Below, piece after piece: positions 36,183-47,827 of a DNA stretch of 64,000 nt. A program made the translations under genes and the position numbers. A model generated the notes under the pieces. It saw nothing but the letters and a program-made list of their open reading frames with translations, ran no database searches and was not told the origin of the DNA. Every line of letters starts with the position of its first letter. Within the stretch, counting starts at the first letter, position 1. Source of the stretch: Ranitomeya imitator (taxonomy: Eukaryota); contig NC_091286.1 of the NCBI RefSeq assembly GCF_032444005.1, forward strand, positions 493,954,001-494,018,000. The letters are read 5' to 3'.

Positions 36183-37955
36183 TTAGTAGTGCATGGAGGT
36201 GTGGTACAATCTGAAGCAATCCTTCATACACAGGCCAGGTTTTTCGGGGCAGGTGTCGCATTGATAAATGGTGTCCTTGCGTATTCCCCTTTTGTAACAC
36301 ACTCGGCACCTTTTTTGCGGCTTACCTTTTCTGCCGGTTGGCGGGACCACCCCCGGAAAATGCTGGCCTGGTACGATACGAGCACCTTCAGTTCCGGAAG
36401 TACTGGGGCCCTCTCCTTCCGGAGTACCAAATATCAGGGCCTTAACCACTACCTCCTGGAACTGAAGGTACGACGTATCGGTGTGGCGTGCACATCGTAA
36501 CAGCAGGAAAGCGTTGAGCATTGCCATTTGTACGATGTGGACGGCCAACTTTTTGTACCACACCTTGGCCTTTCTCAAAGCACTGTATGGTTGGAGGAGT
36601 TGATCAGAGAGATCAACCCCCCCCATGCTTTTGTTGTAGCCCAGTACACAGTCCGGTTTGCAGACCTGTGTAGAGGTACCCCGTACAGTGCTGAGGGCTC
36701 TGCCATCACCATGTATGGTGGTCAAGAGAAGGACATCCCTCTTGTCCTTGTACTTGACCACCAGCAGGTGGTCGCTACATTGGGCCTTGCTCTCACCTTT
36801 TCTGAGCATCTGCCGAAGTAGCGTCTTTGGGAGGCCTCTCTGATTTTTGCGCACAGTACCGCAGGCTGCGGTACCTCGCGCAGAGAGGGATTTGTAGAGT
36901 GGGATGCTGGTATAAAAGTTATCAGTATAGAGGTGATAACCTTTATCCAGCAGTGGGTGCACCAAATCCCACACGATCTTCCCACTCACTCCCAGGACAG
37001 GAGGACACTCAGGGGGTTCAATCCTGCTGTCCTTCCCTTCATACACTCTAAACCTGTGGATGTACCCTGAGGCACTCTCACACAGCTTGTAGAGTTTGAT
37101 TCCGTACCTGGCCCTTTTGTTGGGCAGGTATTGACGGAATCCGAGCCGCCCCTTAAAATGGACCAAGGACTCATCCACGCAGATGTCCCTTTTGGGCACG
37201 TACACTTCAGAAAACTTTTTGTTGAAGTGTTCGATGACCGGTCGAACTTTGAACAGACGGTCAAAGTTGGGGTCATCTCGTGCGGGACACTGTGCATTAT
37301 CGGAATAATGCAGGAATTTATGGATGGCCTCAAAACGTCTCCGAACCATGGCCATTCGGAATACTGGAGTGTTATATAAAACATCTACACTCCAATATTG
37401 CCGCATTTCTGGCTTCTTCACGATCCCCATGTGGAGGACCAGGCCCCAAAACTGCATCATTTCAACTGCGTCTACAGGAGACCAGTTGGAAAATGATGTA
37501 CCGGGGTTTTGCTCCAAAAATTGACGAGCATACAAATTAGTTTGCTCCACCATGAGGTTAATAAAATCCTCAGAGAAAAAGACTTTGAAAAAGTCTGTTT
37601 CTGTGAGGCCCGTGGTGTCAAACTTGATTCCTGATTCTGCCACAAAATCAGGAATCAGTGGCTCGTAATTTTCGGGGGGCGAGGTCCATGTGGGTTCCGC
37701 AGTGGGGAGCGCTGGTTCAGGAGTGGTGGGGGCTGCCTCATCTTCTGTCCTGGGGCGTCTGCGTGGTGGTTCCGCAGGACCCGAGGAGGAAGAGGAGGAG
37801 GAGGAGGAAGAGGAGGAGGAGGAGGAAGAGGATGAAGAATCAGAAAAGTGAAGAAAAGTGGGATCCTCTCCCTCGCTATCAGTGTCGGAGGCAAGGAAAG
37901 CATATGCCTCCTCCAATGAATAGCGCTGTTGGGACGAACGGGACGAGCGGGACAT
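36183..37955 (-). CDS. piggyBac-family (PGBD4-like) DDD transposase, 590 aa, apparently intact
   Basis: Catalytic motifs CVDESLVHFKGR, YTDNFYTS and MGGVDLSDQ. C-terminal cysteine-rich domain CRVC-x13-CDTC-x6-C-x3-C-x4-H. Acidic/Ser-rich N-terminus. No stops or frameshifts. Confidence 0.95.
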   Translation of the reverse strand: MSRSSRSSQQRYSLEEAYAFLASDTDSEGEDPTFLHFSDSSSSSSSSSSSSSSSSSSSGPAEPPRRRPRTEDEAAPTTPEPALPTAEPTWTSPPENYEPLIPDFVAESGIKFDTTGLTETDFFKVFFSEDFINLMVEQTNLYARQFLEQNPGTSFSNWSPVDAVEMMQFWGLVLHMGIVKKPEMRQYWSVDVLYNTPVFRMAMVRRRFEAIHKFLHYSDNAQCPARDDPNFDRLFKVRPVIEHFNKKFSEVYVPKRDICVDESLVHFKGRLGFRQYLPNKRARYGIKLYKLCESASGYIHRFRVYEGKDSRIEPPECPPVLGVSGKIVWDLVHPLLDKGYHLYTDNFYTSIPLYKSLSARGTAACGTVRKNQRGLPKTLLRQMLRKGESKAQCSDHLLVVKYKDKRDVLLLTTIHGDGRALSTVRGTSTQVCKPDCVLGYNKSMGGVDLSDQLLQPYSALRKAKVWYKKLAVHIVQMAMLNAFLLLRCARHTDTSYLQFQEVVVKALIFGTPEGEGPSTSGTEGARIVPGQHFPGVVPPTGRKGKPQKRCRVCYKRGIRKDTIYQCDTCPEKPGLCMKDCFRLYHTSMHY

Positions 37956-38089
37956 TTTTGTGTGAATATGGTGATTGGGTGCACTTTATTGATAACTGTA
38001 TGTGTATGTGTGGGGGGATAGTGATTTGTGCAAACTTATCTGAAAAGAAAATGCTAAAAGGAGAAGAAAAACCTGTAAAAAAAAAAAAA

Positions 38090-39560
38090 AAGGCAGGCAC
38101 AAACTCTGATAAGAGAACTGCGTCACTTATCAAAGTTTGGCGGCTGCGGGATGTGTGTACGGAGGTTGCGCAAAAAGGCTGAAGGGAAAAAAGCGAGCGC
38201 GAGAGTTGATCGGTGAACTGCGTCACCAATCAACGCTCGGCGGCTGTTAAATGGGCGCACGGAAGGAGGTGCAAAGGGGGGTAAAAAGAGGGGGAAGGGA
38301 GATGGGGGTGGAAGTGGGGATTGGGCAGGGATCAGTGATCAAAACGTACGGTTGTAGTCAGGTGGCGCAAAAGGGGGGTGAAAAAAAAAAAAGGAAAACG
38401 GCAGGCACAAACTCTGATAAGTGAACTGCGTCACTTATCAAACTTTGGCGGCTGCGGAATGTGTGTACGGAGTTGGCGCAACGGGGGTGAGGGAAAAAAA
38501 GCGAGCGCGAGCGTTGATCGGTGAACTGCGTCACCAATCAACGTTCGGCGGCTGTTAAATGGGCGCACGGAAGGAGGTGCAAAGGGGGGTAAAAAGAGGG
38601 GGAAGGGAGATGGGGGTGGAAGTGGGGATTGGGCAGGGATCAGTGATCAAAACGTACGGTTGTAGTCAGGTGGCGCAAAAGGGGGGTGAAAAAAAAAAAA
38701 GGAAAACGGCAGGCACAAACTCTGATAAGTGAACTGCGTCACTTATCAAACTTTGGCGGCTGCGGAATGTGTGTACGGAGTTGGCGCAACGGGGGTGAGG
38801 GAAAAAAAGCGAGCGCGAGCGTTGATCGGTGAACTGCGTCACCAATCAACGTTCGGCGGCTGTTAAATGGGCGCACGGAAGGAGGTGCAAAGGGGGGTAA
38901 AAAGAGGGGGAAGGGAGATGGGGGTGGAAGTGGGGATTGGGCAGGGATCAGTGATCAAAACGTACGGTTGTAGTCAGGTGGCGCAAAAGGGGGGTGAAAA
39001 AAAAAAAAAGGGAAAACGGCAGGCACAAACTCTGATAAGTGAACGGCGTCACTTATCAAACTTCGGCGGCTGCGGAATGTGTGTACGGAGTTGGCGCAAC
39101 GGGGGTGAGGGAAAAAAGCGAGCGCGAGCGTTGATCGGTGAACTACGTCACCAATCAACGTTCGGCGGCTGTTAAATGGGCGCACGGAAGGAGGTGCAAA
39201 GGGGGGTAAAAAGAGGGGGAAGGGAGATGGGGGTGGAAGTGGGGATTGGGCAGGGATCAGTGATCAAAACGTACGGTTGTAGTCAGGTGGCGCAAAAGGG
39301 GGGTGAAAAAAAAAAAAGGAAAACGGCAGGCACAAACTCTGATAAGTGAACTGCGTCACTTATCAAACTTTGGCGGCTGCGGAATGTGTGTACGGAGTTG
39401 GCGCAACGGGGGCGAGGGAAAAAAAGCGAGCGCGAGCGTTGATCGGTGAACTGCGTCACCAATCAACGCTCGGCGGCTACTAAATGTGCGCACGGAGGCG
39501 GCACAAATGGGGGTGGAGGGGGTAAAAAGAGGGGGAAGGGGGGATTGGGGTGGATGAACG
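38090..39560. repeat. Tandem array inside piggyBac: about 5 x 308 bp, upstream of the transposase ATG
   Basis: The anchor GGCAGGCACAAACTCTGATAAG occurs at 38092, 38400, 38708, 39018 and 39325. Confidence 0.95.
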
Positions 39561-40319
39561 GGGATTGGGGTGGATGAACGGGGATTGGGGTGGATGAACG
39601 GGGATTGGGCAGGGATCAGGGATAAAACTTACGTTTAGTTGTCTTCTTTCTTTAGCAGGGATTGTGGTGCTACAGGCTGCTGTGGCACCACAATACCCAG
39701 CACGGCAGGGAGATCCAGGCACAAAATCCAGCAGGGAGATCCAGCAGTATGACCGCTCTGTAGGAATCCTCAGCTAGAATGAGGACCCTGCAGAGCGGTC
39801 ATACACAGGTCAGGCAGGTGACACAGACAGGTCACAGAGCGGTCATGCTGCTGCTGTGACCTGTCATTGGTGGGATCGACCATAACATCGATCCCACCAA
39901 TCAGAGCTTTCCTGGTGACCTGGCTGTGACCTGCCTAGGATCGGATCTGTTCGCGCCATCCTAGGCAGGTCACAGCCAGGTCACCTGCAGGGCACAGAGC
40001 GGTCACAGAGTGATCGCCGCTGCGCCCTGTGATTGGCGCGATCGACGATGACATCGATCGCGCCAATCGGCTCCTGCAGGCCCTGCTGGGCCTGCACTGT
40101 GTCCTATCCTAGGATCGGTGCTATTAGAGCACCGATCCACGCAGGTTCCGGCAGGGCACAGCGCGGTAATACCGCGCGGTGCCCTGCGATTGGCGCGATC
40201 GATGCGATCGGCGATCGCGCCAATCCGGGCTGTTCTTGCCGGTGCCTGGCGTTGCCAGGCACCGGACCTAGGATCGAGTACATCGGTACTCGATCCTAGC
40301 CTGTGACCTCATTGTTTCA

Positions 40320-40415
40320 GCCGCTCCGATTGGCTGAAACAATGAGAATGGCTGTGATTGGCTGTTCAGAATTGAACAGCCAATCACAGCGATCGAGAGG
40401 GCGGGTGGGCGGCGA
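40320..40415 (-). promoter_or_regulatory. Candidate transposase promoter region (clustered CCAAT/ATTGG boxes plus a GC box)
   Basis: ATTGG at about 40329 and 40357, CCAAT at about 40380, and GGGCGG at about 40399-40412. It lies between the element end and the gene. Function is inferred. Confidence 0.4.
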
Positions 40416-41096
40416 CAATGCCCTGGATGCCGAGGCCATCTCCCCCCAGGTGAGATGGCGTCGGAATTTTAATGCGATCACCGCGACTTAAGTCGCGGTA
40501 TCGCATTAAAGGGCAGGACGTACTATCCCGTCAAGGGTCAGATAGGCCCAGGGCACCTCGACGGGATAGTACGTCCAAGGTCACAGAGGGGTTAAAACCC
40601 TTTTGTAATACTTTTTATTGAATGTTGTAGTCTCTTTAGAAGACTTGAACCTGCGATCAATCTGATGTCTTGTATTATACACAACAATACTGAAGCACAA
40701 ATCGTGATCTCTTATGAACCCCAGCCAAAGCGTCATCTTAAGAAGACACCCGGCTATCATGGCAACACATCAGTGCCCCGTGAGTGCAGGAAGGTATGGA
40801 GGGCAACAGGTGGTCAGAATAGCGTTCCTACCAGATGGCACATTGTAAATGCCGCTGTCTGAGAATGACAGTGGCATTCAACAGAATAACAGTCGTAACA
40901 CTTTATCACTTGAGGCTGTTAGAGGCAAGTGATGGCTGAATAATACAGCCATCATCTTCCTGAAAGGAGCAGGCTCTTGAGCCTGTGTGACTGTGCATAC
41001 AGAGATAGATTTGAGTCACAGCACTGCCCACTGGACTCATATACACCCAATCACCAGGGAGCTGGCAACATGCACAGCATGACAGGTTCTCTATAA

Positions 41097-41343
41097 AGGG
41101 ACTCTGTCAGCTCTCCCTTATCTCGGTGCTTTACAGTGCGGATAAGCATTTAAATACACCTCATATGTTTGTTTTATCTCAATCGTTGATTGACAGCTCT
41201 GGCTCCATAAGGCCAGAGAAGGGTGGAGATTGTGGGGAACCAAGCAGGTGCTAAGGTGTAGTTAAATGTTTGGCCTGGATATGAAGCACTGAGCGCCTGG
41301 ACTTGATTTAAACAGTCATTTAGTTTGTGCTGACAAAGTCCCT
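41097..41343. mobile_element. T2/Kolobok-type MITE
   Basis: TIR AGGGACTCTGTCAGC / GCTGACAAAGTCCCT, with ATAA and TTAA flanks. Confidence 0.7.
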
Positions 41344-41366
41344 TTAACTGTTCTTGAGCATCTTTA

Positions 41367-41735
41367 GGGTAAGTGCACACGATGAGGATTTTGCTGCGGA
41401 TCCGCAGCTGTGGGTCTACAGCAGTTTCCCATGAGTTTACAGTTCACTGTAAACCTATGGGAAACCAAAAACGCTGTGCACATGCTGCGGAAAAAAACGC
41501 GCGGAAACGCAGCGGTTTACATTCTGCAGCATGTCAATTCTTTCTGCGGATTCCACAGCGGTTTTACAGCTGCCCCTATGGAAAACCACAGTTGTGAAAC
41601 CGCAGTGAAAACCACAGAAAAACCACAGTAAATCCACGATAAATCTGCAGCAAAAACGCATCGTTTTTGCCCTGCAGATTTATCAAATCTGCTGCGGAAA
41701 AATCCGCAGTGGCCAAGAATACGTGTGTACATAGG
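41367..41735. mobile_element. PIF/Harbinger-like MITE
   Basis: TTA|GGGTAAGTGCACACG ... CGTGTGTACATAGG|TTA, with internal CCGCA/TGCGG inverted repeats. Confidence 0.65.
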
Positions 41736-44523
41736 TTAGTTTGGCCAAATGAAGGCGGGATGCACAGCCTGCCCTGCCTGTACAGCCCTGGTGGGGTACT
41801 CTGTATCCACAGGTGTTTTGTGGCCACCACTTTAAAGTGTCGCTTTTGAGGCTGTGTCGTAGTTTCACTATAATCAGTATTTTACCAGCAGGAGATTACC
41901 ACTACTGGACAAATATTTTTGCATAGAAATACTCCCCAGCGAGTCTTGGGTTTCCAATCCTCCTAATAGATTTTACCAAAAAATTAGAAAACGTCAGTAG
42001 TTTTAACAGTCAGTGTTCAATAGGCTGCATGAAAATTTACTTGGACTTACTTGCCTTGCAACAAAAGCCGCTGGTCAAGGTGACGCCTCCAGAGCTTTCT
42101 ATTGTGTCCGGACAGTCTGAAGACGATGTGGTGGAAAGTATTGATGACTCTCCGCCAGATTCAGAATTGCCCTTTTTCCAGGAAATGTGAATGCTAATAG
42201 CTGATAATGGAGCTTGGTTTTATTTGTTTGCTTTTACTTTCATGTGAAGTAGTGTGAAATCAGTTGTGAGTGGTGACCATAAAGTGATATTTTGCTGCCC
42301 TTTGTATTGATAAGTGAACTGCTCACACAAATTCAGGAAAATGTTTACTTTGCTGTATTCAAAAGGGCCAATGGTTAGAAATATAAAAAATCAGTTCTCT
42401 GCTGTCCCTGGCCCTCACCCTGTCCCTGCAGCTCCATGCATGGTCCTTCCACATTTTTATCATACACAGGCCTTTATTCTTCATGCCACTTGACTAGTCC
42501 CATCATATTTTTGGTGCCTCCAGTAACCATAATCATGTCATCATTTCGTGGCCCGGGCATTTCTCGATATCGGCACACTCCCATTCCTCATGTGACGTCA
42601 TGATGTGAGCTAGGCCGCAATGTCTTAATGTTGTGCGGGCACAAAAGGTACCAGGAATTCGATAGGACCCATTGTGTGAAGAAGACCAGGAGGTCTGTGT
42701 ATGAAAACCAGGCCAGAGCCACCAAACGGAGCTTTGCAGGCAAGGTGATGGCCGGGAGATGCGAGTATTATTTTTTTTTTTCAAAGAAAAAAGAAATGTC
42801 ATACCACGACTAAGTCTATATGCCGAGACACGCATGTTTATTAGACTCGTGTTGACTTGCCTGTATTTGCTTACAGCTAAATATGATGTTTTGTATAAAC
42901 ACTTACCGTACCTTTTTATCGCTAAGGACCTTTTTTTTCCCCAAAATTGTTTTACCCTATGCTTACTATGCTCTGGGGTCTGGAGACACAATAAATTTGC
43001 TTCAAATAAATTTCGGATTTTAACAGATGCATTCATCATTGCTGATGTGTAATATGTTGCATAACCAATGGCAATATCTGAAGCCTTAGATTATTGTCTT
43101 ATGACTCCAGACATTTGGGGTCTCTGGATATAGTGATAATAACCGGTTATGGTAATTGTAATTAGAGGGCATAGAGCGGATATTTTATGACATGCTCCGC
43201 TGGTTGAATAACATGTAAAAAAGTTGAGCCCAGAATTTATGATTATACAGAGCGCTAAATGGCTCTTGAGTTTGTATGGTAACATGAAGGACCAATCACA
43301 TTGCAGACGGTGGCAATTGAGGCTGTTGCTGAAGAATCGCTGCCATCATCTCCGACCTTGTCTGCTTCACAGCTGTGTGAGCAGCTGACATCTCCAACCA
43401 GACAATCAAAGAACGTGTCCTCACTGCTAAACCTCACGGCAATTATCCATACAACATTCTGCTGGCAAACCCTAACGCTCCTCTGGAGAGCTTTACACTA
43501 TTTGCCTTTTCACACAGAGCAACGTGTAAGTCATCAAAAATGGAGCAAACGATCAAAAAAAAAGAAGCCCCCAGAGCACAAGCCTTGAATTTGAATAAAT
43601 TCATATAGCTAAACTGGATAAGTAATTTCCTCCAATCAACTTCCTCAACTAATGAATTTCTATACTTTTACCTAGCAAGTCAGAAAAGCGCTCGAGGCCG
43701 CCGAGTGTTCCCTGTGATAACTACGGACCCCGTTATAGATTTTTCTTTGCTCTGCTTCAGCCAAGGGCAAATTGTGATTTGCAATTAAATGAAGAAATAC
43801 GAACAACAAGGGTCATTCAAAGCAGGGACAAAATGTAATTTATTGCCAGAGACGGGCAGAATTAAGTTGATTATATGATCCAGGCAAAATGGCCTCCCGA
43901 CCTTTTAGCAATTTTCACTACGTGAGTTAATAAACTTTAATCACTTTCTCAGTAATTGTTTGCTTGAGTCTGTTTCCGGTTGGCCTAAGTGCGGTCATGA
44001 TTTGGAATAATTTGTTAGTTTTTGGCATGTTTTGCTAGTTTCCTAAAACTGAGGATTGAAATAATTGAGAAGTTGGGAATTTCCAGCTTTATATACTGTT
44101 GTTATGTTCATTTTCTTTAAGACCTATTGAGTGTTGGGGAAAAAGTCTACATTGACTCAAGGTTGGCACTGTTCCTGGTTTTTAGTAAAACATCACATTA
44201 TTATGAACTTCTGACAAGTATTTGTTAAATTGAAACATGGAAAATGTTGAGATAATGGTAACACTGTCCAAAAATATATATATACAGACCTTCAGTGCAC
44301 TTTCATGGAAACCACTGTGTATAGATAAGAGATCTCCAAATACTCTGTTGTGACATAAAAAAGCAGCAAAAAACCCAATGCGGAAAATGTTTTTCTTCAA
44401 TGCCTTTGTATAGCCATATTGTAATAAAAAAACATACTGTGAAGTGCAGGAACAAAAACACAAACTATTCACCCCAGTTAGGCAACAATGGCTATGTCCT
44501 ATAGAACAGGGGAGGGTAATTAA

Positions 44524-44851
44524 AGGGACTCTGTCACCTGAATTTGGCGGGACTGGTTTTGGGTCATATGGGCGGAGTTTTCGGGTGTTTGATTCACCCT
44601 TTCCTTACCCGCTGGCTGCATGCTGGCTGCAATATTGGATTGAAGTTCATTCTCTGTCCTCCGTAGTACATCTTGCCTCGTAGCAATCTTGCCTTGCGCA
44701 GGCGTGTACTATGGAGGACATAGAATGAACTTCAATCCAATATTGCAGCCAGCATGCAGCCAGCGGGTAAGGAAAGGGTGAATCAAACACCCGAAAACTC
44801 CGCCCATATGACCCAAAACCAGTCCCGCCAAATTCAGGTGACAGGTTCCCT
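44524..44851. mobile_element. Young T2/Kolobok-type fold-back MITE, 328 bp
   Basis: TTAA TSD on both sides and near-perfect inverted arms of about 145 bp. Confidence 0.92.
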
Positions 44852-44984
44852 TTAATTTTCCAGAGGGGCCACATGAGACTCTATATACAGTAGGAGACCC
44901 TATATAACCCCTTATATACCATATGAGCCTACACACAGCCCCCTATATATAGTATGAGCTCCACATAGCCTCTGTATGCAATAT

Positions 44985-45720
44985 GAGCCCTCACATATCC
45001 TCATATATGCAGTTTAAGCACCCACATAGCCTCCTATATTGAGTATAGCCCCACATAGCCTTCTATGTACAGTATGGCCTCACATAGCCTATGTACAGTA
45101 TGGCTCCCCACATAGCCTCCTACATTCAGTATAGTCCCCACATAGCCTCCTACATTCAGTATAGCCCCCACATAGCCTCCTACATTCAGTATAGCACCCA
45201 CATAGCCTCCTATGCACAATATGGCCTCCCATAGACTTCTATGTACAGTGTGGCCCCCCCACATAGCCTCCTATATTCAGTATAGCCCCCACATATCCTT
45301 CTATGTACAGTATGGCCCCCACATAGCCTCATATGTACAATATGGCCTCACATAGCCTTCTATGTACTGTATGGCCCCCCACATAGCCTCCTATATTCAG
45401 TATAGCCCCACATAGCCTTCTATGTACAGTATGACCCCCACATAGCCTCATATGTACAATATGGCCTCACATAGCCTTCTATGTACAGTATGGCCCCCCA
45501 CATAGCCTCCTATATTCAGTATAGACCCCACATAGCCTTCTATGTACAGTATGGCCCCCCACATAGCCTCCTGTATTCAGTATAGCCCCCACAAAGCCTT
45601 CTATGTACAGTATGGGTCCCCACATAGCCTTCTATGTACAGTATGGCCCCCCACATAGCCCCCTATATTCAGTACGGCCTCCACATAGCCTCCTATATAC
45701 AGTATTCGCCAACACATAGC
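44985..45720. repeat. Minisatellite of about 31 bp (CACATAGCCTCCTATATTCAGTATAGCCCC-like), probably inside a non-autonomous element
   Basis: Direct reading. It is followed by TACTCACC, as in the other repeat-bearing elements here. Confidence 0.85.
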
Positions 45721-46559
45721 CGAGTCCTAAATACATGCAAACATCCCATACACGTATGAAAAAAAACACAAATACTCACCTTGCCCCAATCCCCCCAGTG
45801 CTGTGCTTATATCTCCGGTACACTGATTCTTCGTGCAGTAGATGCATTGTAATGATGTAATCGTGTCTGCTATCTCATGCTGATTGGTGGGTGTAAGGAG
45901 CCAGCAGATCCTTCCTCCACCAATGTAGTCACCGCTATCTGCATTCTGAGGAGCAAGCGGTGGGCGGGGGCATGGTGCGGCCCATGGGCCACTGTTTTCA
46001 GCACTTCCGATGTCTGCGCGCTTTGCCCAACTCTGCCATAGATGATCCTAATGGAAATGCATGAAGAAGGGGCATGTCACCCAAAATGCTGCATCAAGAT
46101 TGGGCGTTGTTACATGTAAAGAATTCTTCCTGCTACATCTGTCTCCTTTGTTCACCGATATACCATGTGCATAAGGGATGAGGATCTTCTAGAGGTCTCC
46201 AGTCATTGTTGCCTAATTGGGGTGAATATTCTGTTTTCTGTTTCTGCACTTCACACTATCTTTGGCTTGTTTTCTAGAATATGGCTATAAAAAAATGAAG
46301 AAAAAAAATGTTCCGCATTGTGTGATTTTGCTGTTTTTTATAATATTAACAATGTCATATAAATTCCCCTGGCGATTATGCAGTATTAATCACAGTAGTG
46401 TGTGATCTCGTCCAGGACAGGTGACCCATATAGGCATGGTAAGGGTGATGAATGTCAGACCACCACAAATCAGCTACAATCTGCAGCGGATTTTTGCAGT
46501 GTATTCAGTCATGGACAACCCCCTTTTGAAAACTCTAGACAATTTCACATTTTTTTTTC

Positions 46560-46768
46560 TTCACAAATGTCACACACACCGATCTAGCGATGACAGCGGG
46601 AGATCCAGCGATGAAAGAAAGTTCTAAACGATCTGCTACGACGTACGATTCTCAGCAGGATCCCTGATCGCTGCTGCGTGTCAGACACAGCGATATCGTA
46701 ACGATATCGCTGGAACGTCACGAATCGTACCGTCGTAGCGATCGAAATGTTATAGTGTGACGGTACCC
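46560..46768. mobile_element. Right-end fragment of the GGTACCGTCACAC MITE family
   Basis: Ends ...GTGTGACGGTACC and matches the right half of 49179-49905. Confidence 0.7.
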
Positions 46769-47827
46769 TTATGACTCTACAGTGATATTCATTTCTTACA
46801 TGCGCCAAGATAACATAAATGGTGCATAAATTTAGAGAGGGCTGCATTTTAGAAAATCCGGCCTAAAGTGGGTGTCCAGACGTAGAGAAACATGGCTGCT
46901 TTATTACACCACCCTTGCCTACCGGTGGCATTCACTTCAATGACGGCACAATCTATGGACACTGGGGTGCTACTTTTAGAATAAAGAAGCCATGTTTGTC
47001 TAGTCCTGGATAAGTCTTTAATGTATGACTGGTCTAACCTGATTTTGGGTGACCCCATGTACGTGGTGTAGAACATGTGGCTTGTTTTATACATATTGGT
47101 GCTTAGTCTCTTTATTTATTGACTGACAAGATAACTTACAGTGATGAGCAACCTGATGATGGGATAGGACTGGAGCGGACAACGAGTGCAGTACAGAAAT
47201 GCAGGGTGCGCTTGGTTAATATAGATCCTTCCAAGAATTAAAAATATCTTCACTCTGCGTAACAAGTCTCAAAGCTTGGAAATTATTGGAAAGCGTAATA
47301 TTGACTCACCAGTAAAATAGCTCCATATTTCCTTCTCTTTTTCCATATTAATAGTTAATTAGGACATAAATTGCTCTAAAAGCTCCCAGGAACTGCTTGC
47401 TCCAGGATTTCTTGTGGACGAAGGTTATATATTTTGTTATGACCTTTCATCATTTTAGCAGACCATCAGCAATATGGAATATTTTATCACATAGTTGGCT
47501 CACGTGTAAATGTTAAAGCGGTGGAGCTCGATTTTATTTTTCAATATTCATGTTTATTGACGTGCATTATTAAGAAACGCTAAGAGCTGATGTTTGAGTT
47601 GAAAAGAGCAAGTTATTTATGGGGTCCAGACCATCTCGGAGTGTGTGTATGTGTGTGTACCCGTGTGTGTGTGTGTCAGGACCTCTGTATACAGTGTGCA
47701 TGCAGTTATAGAAGTGTATACATATGAGAGCACCTATCCTGCATGCAAACTATATATGATATATACTGTTCTCTGCCCAGCCTATACCGTGTGTGTTAGT
47801 GCTGGTAACACCTCTGAGTGCGGACTA

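Larger units (their letters stand above)
30899..40591 (-). mobile_element. Large piggyBac transposon (9693 bp) with an intact transposase and internal tandem arrays
   Basis: TTAA at 30895-30898 and 40592-40595. Both ends begin CCCCT. An uninterrupted piggyBac transposase ORF lies inside. The end pairing is inferred because the TIRs are very short. Confidence 0.85.

Noticed and set aside
36189-38229. Several short ORFs overlapping the piggyBac transposase
   Set aside because: They are shadow frames of a GC-rich coding sequence and the Ser repeat, with no recognisable motifs.
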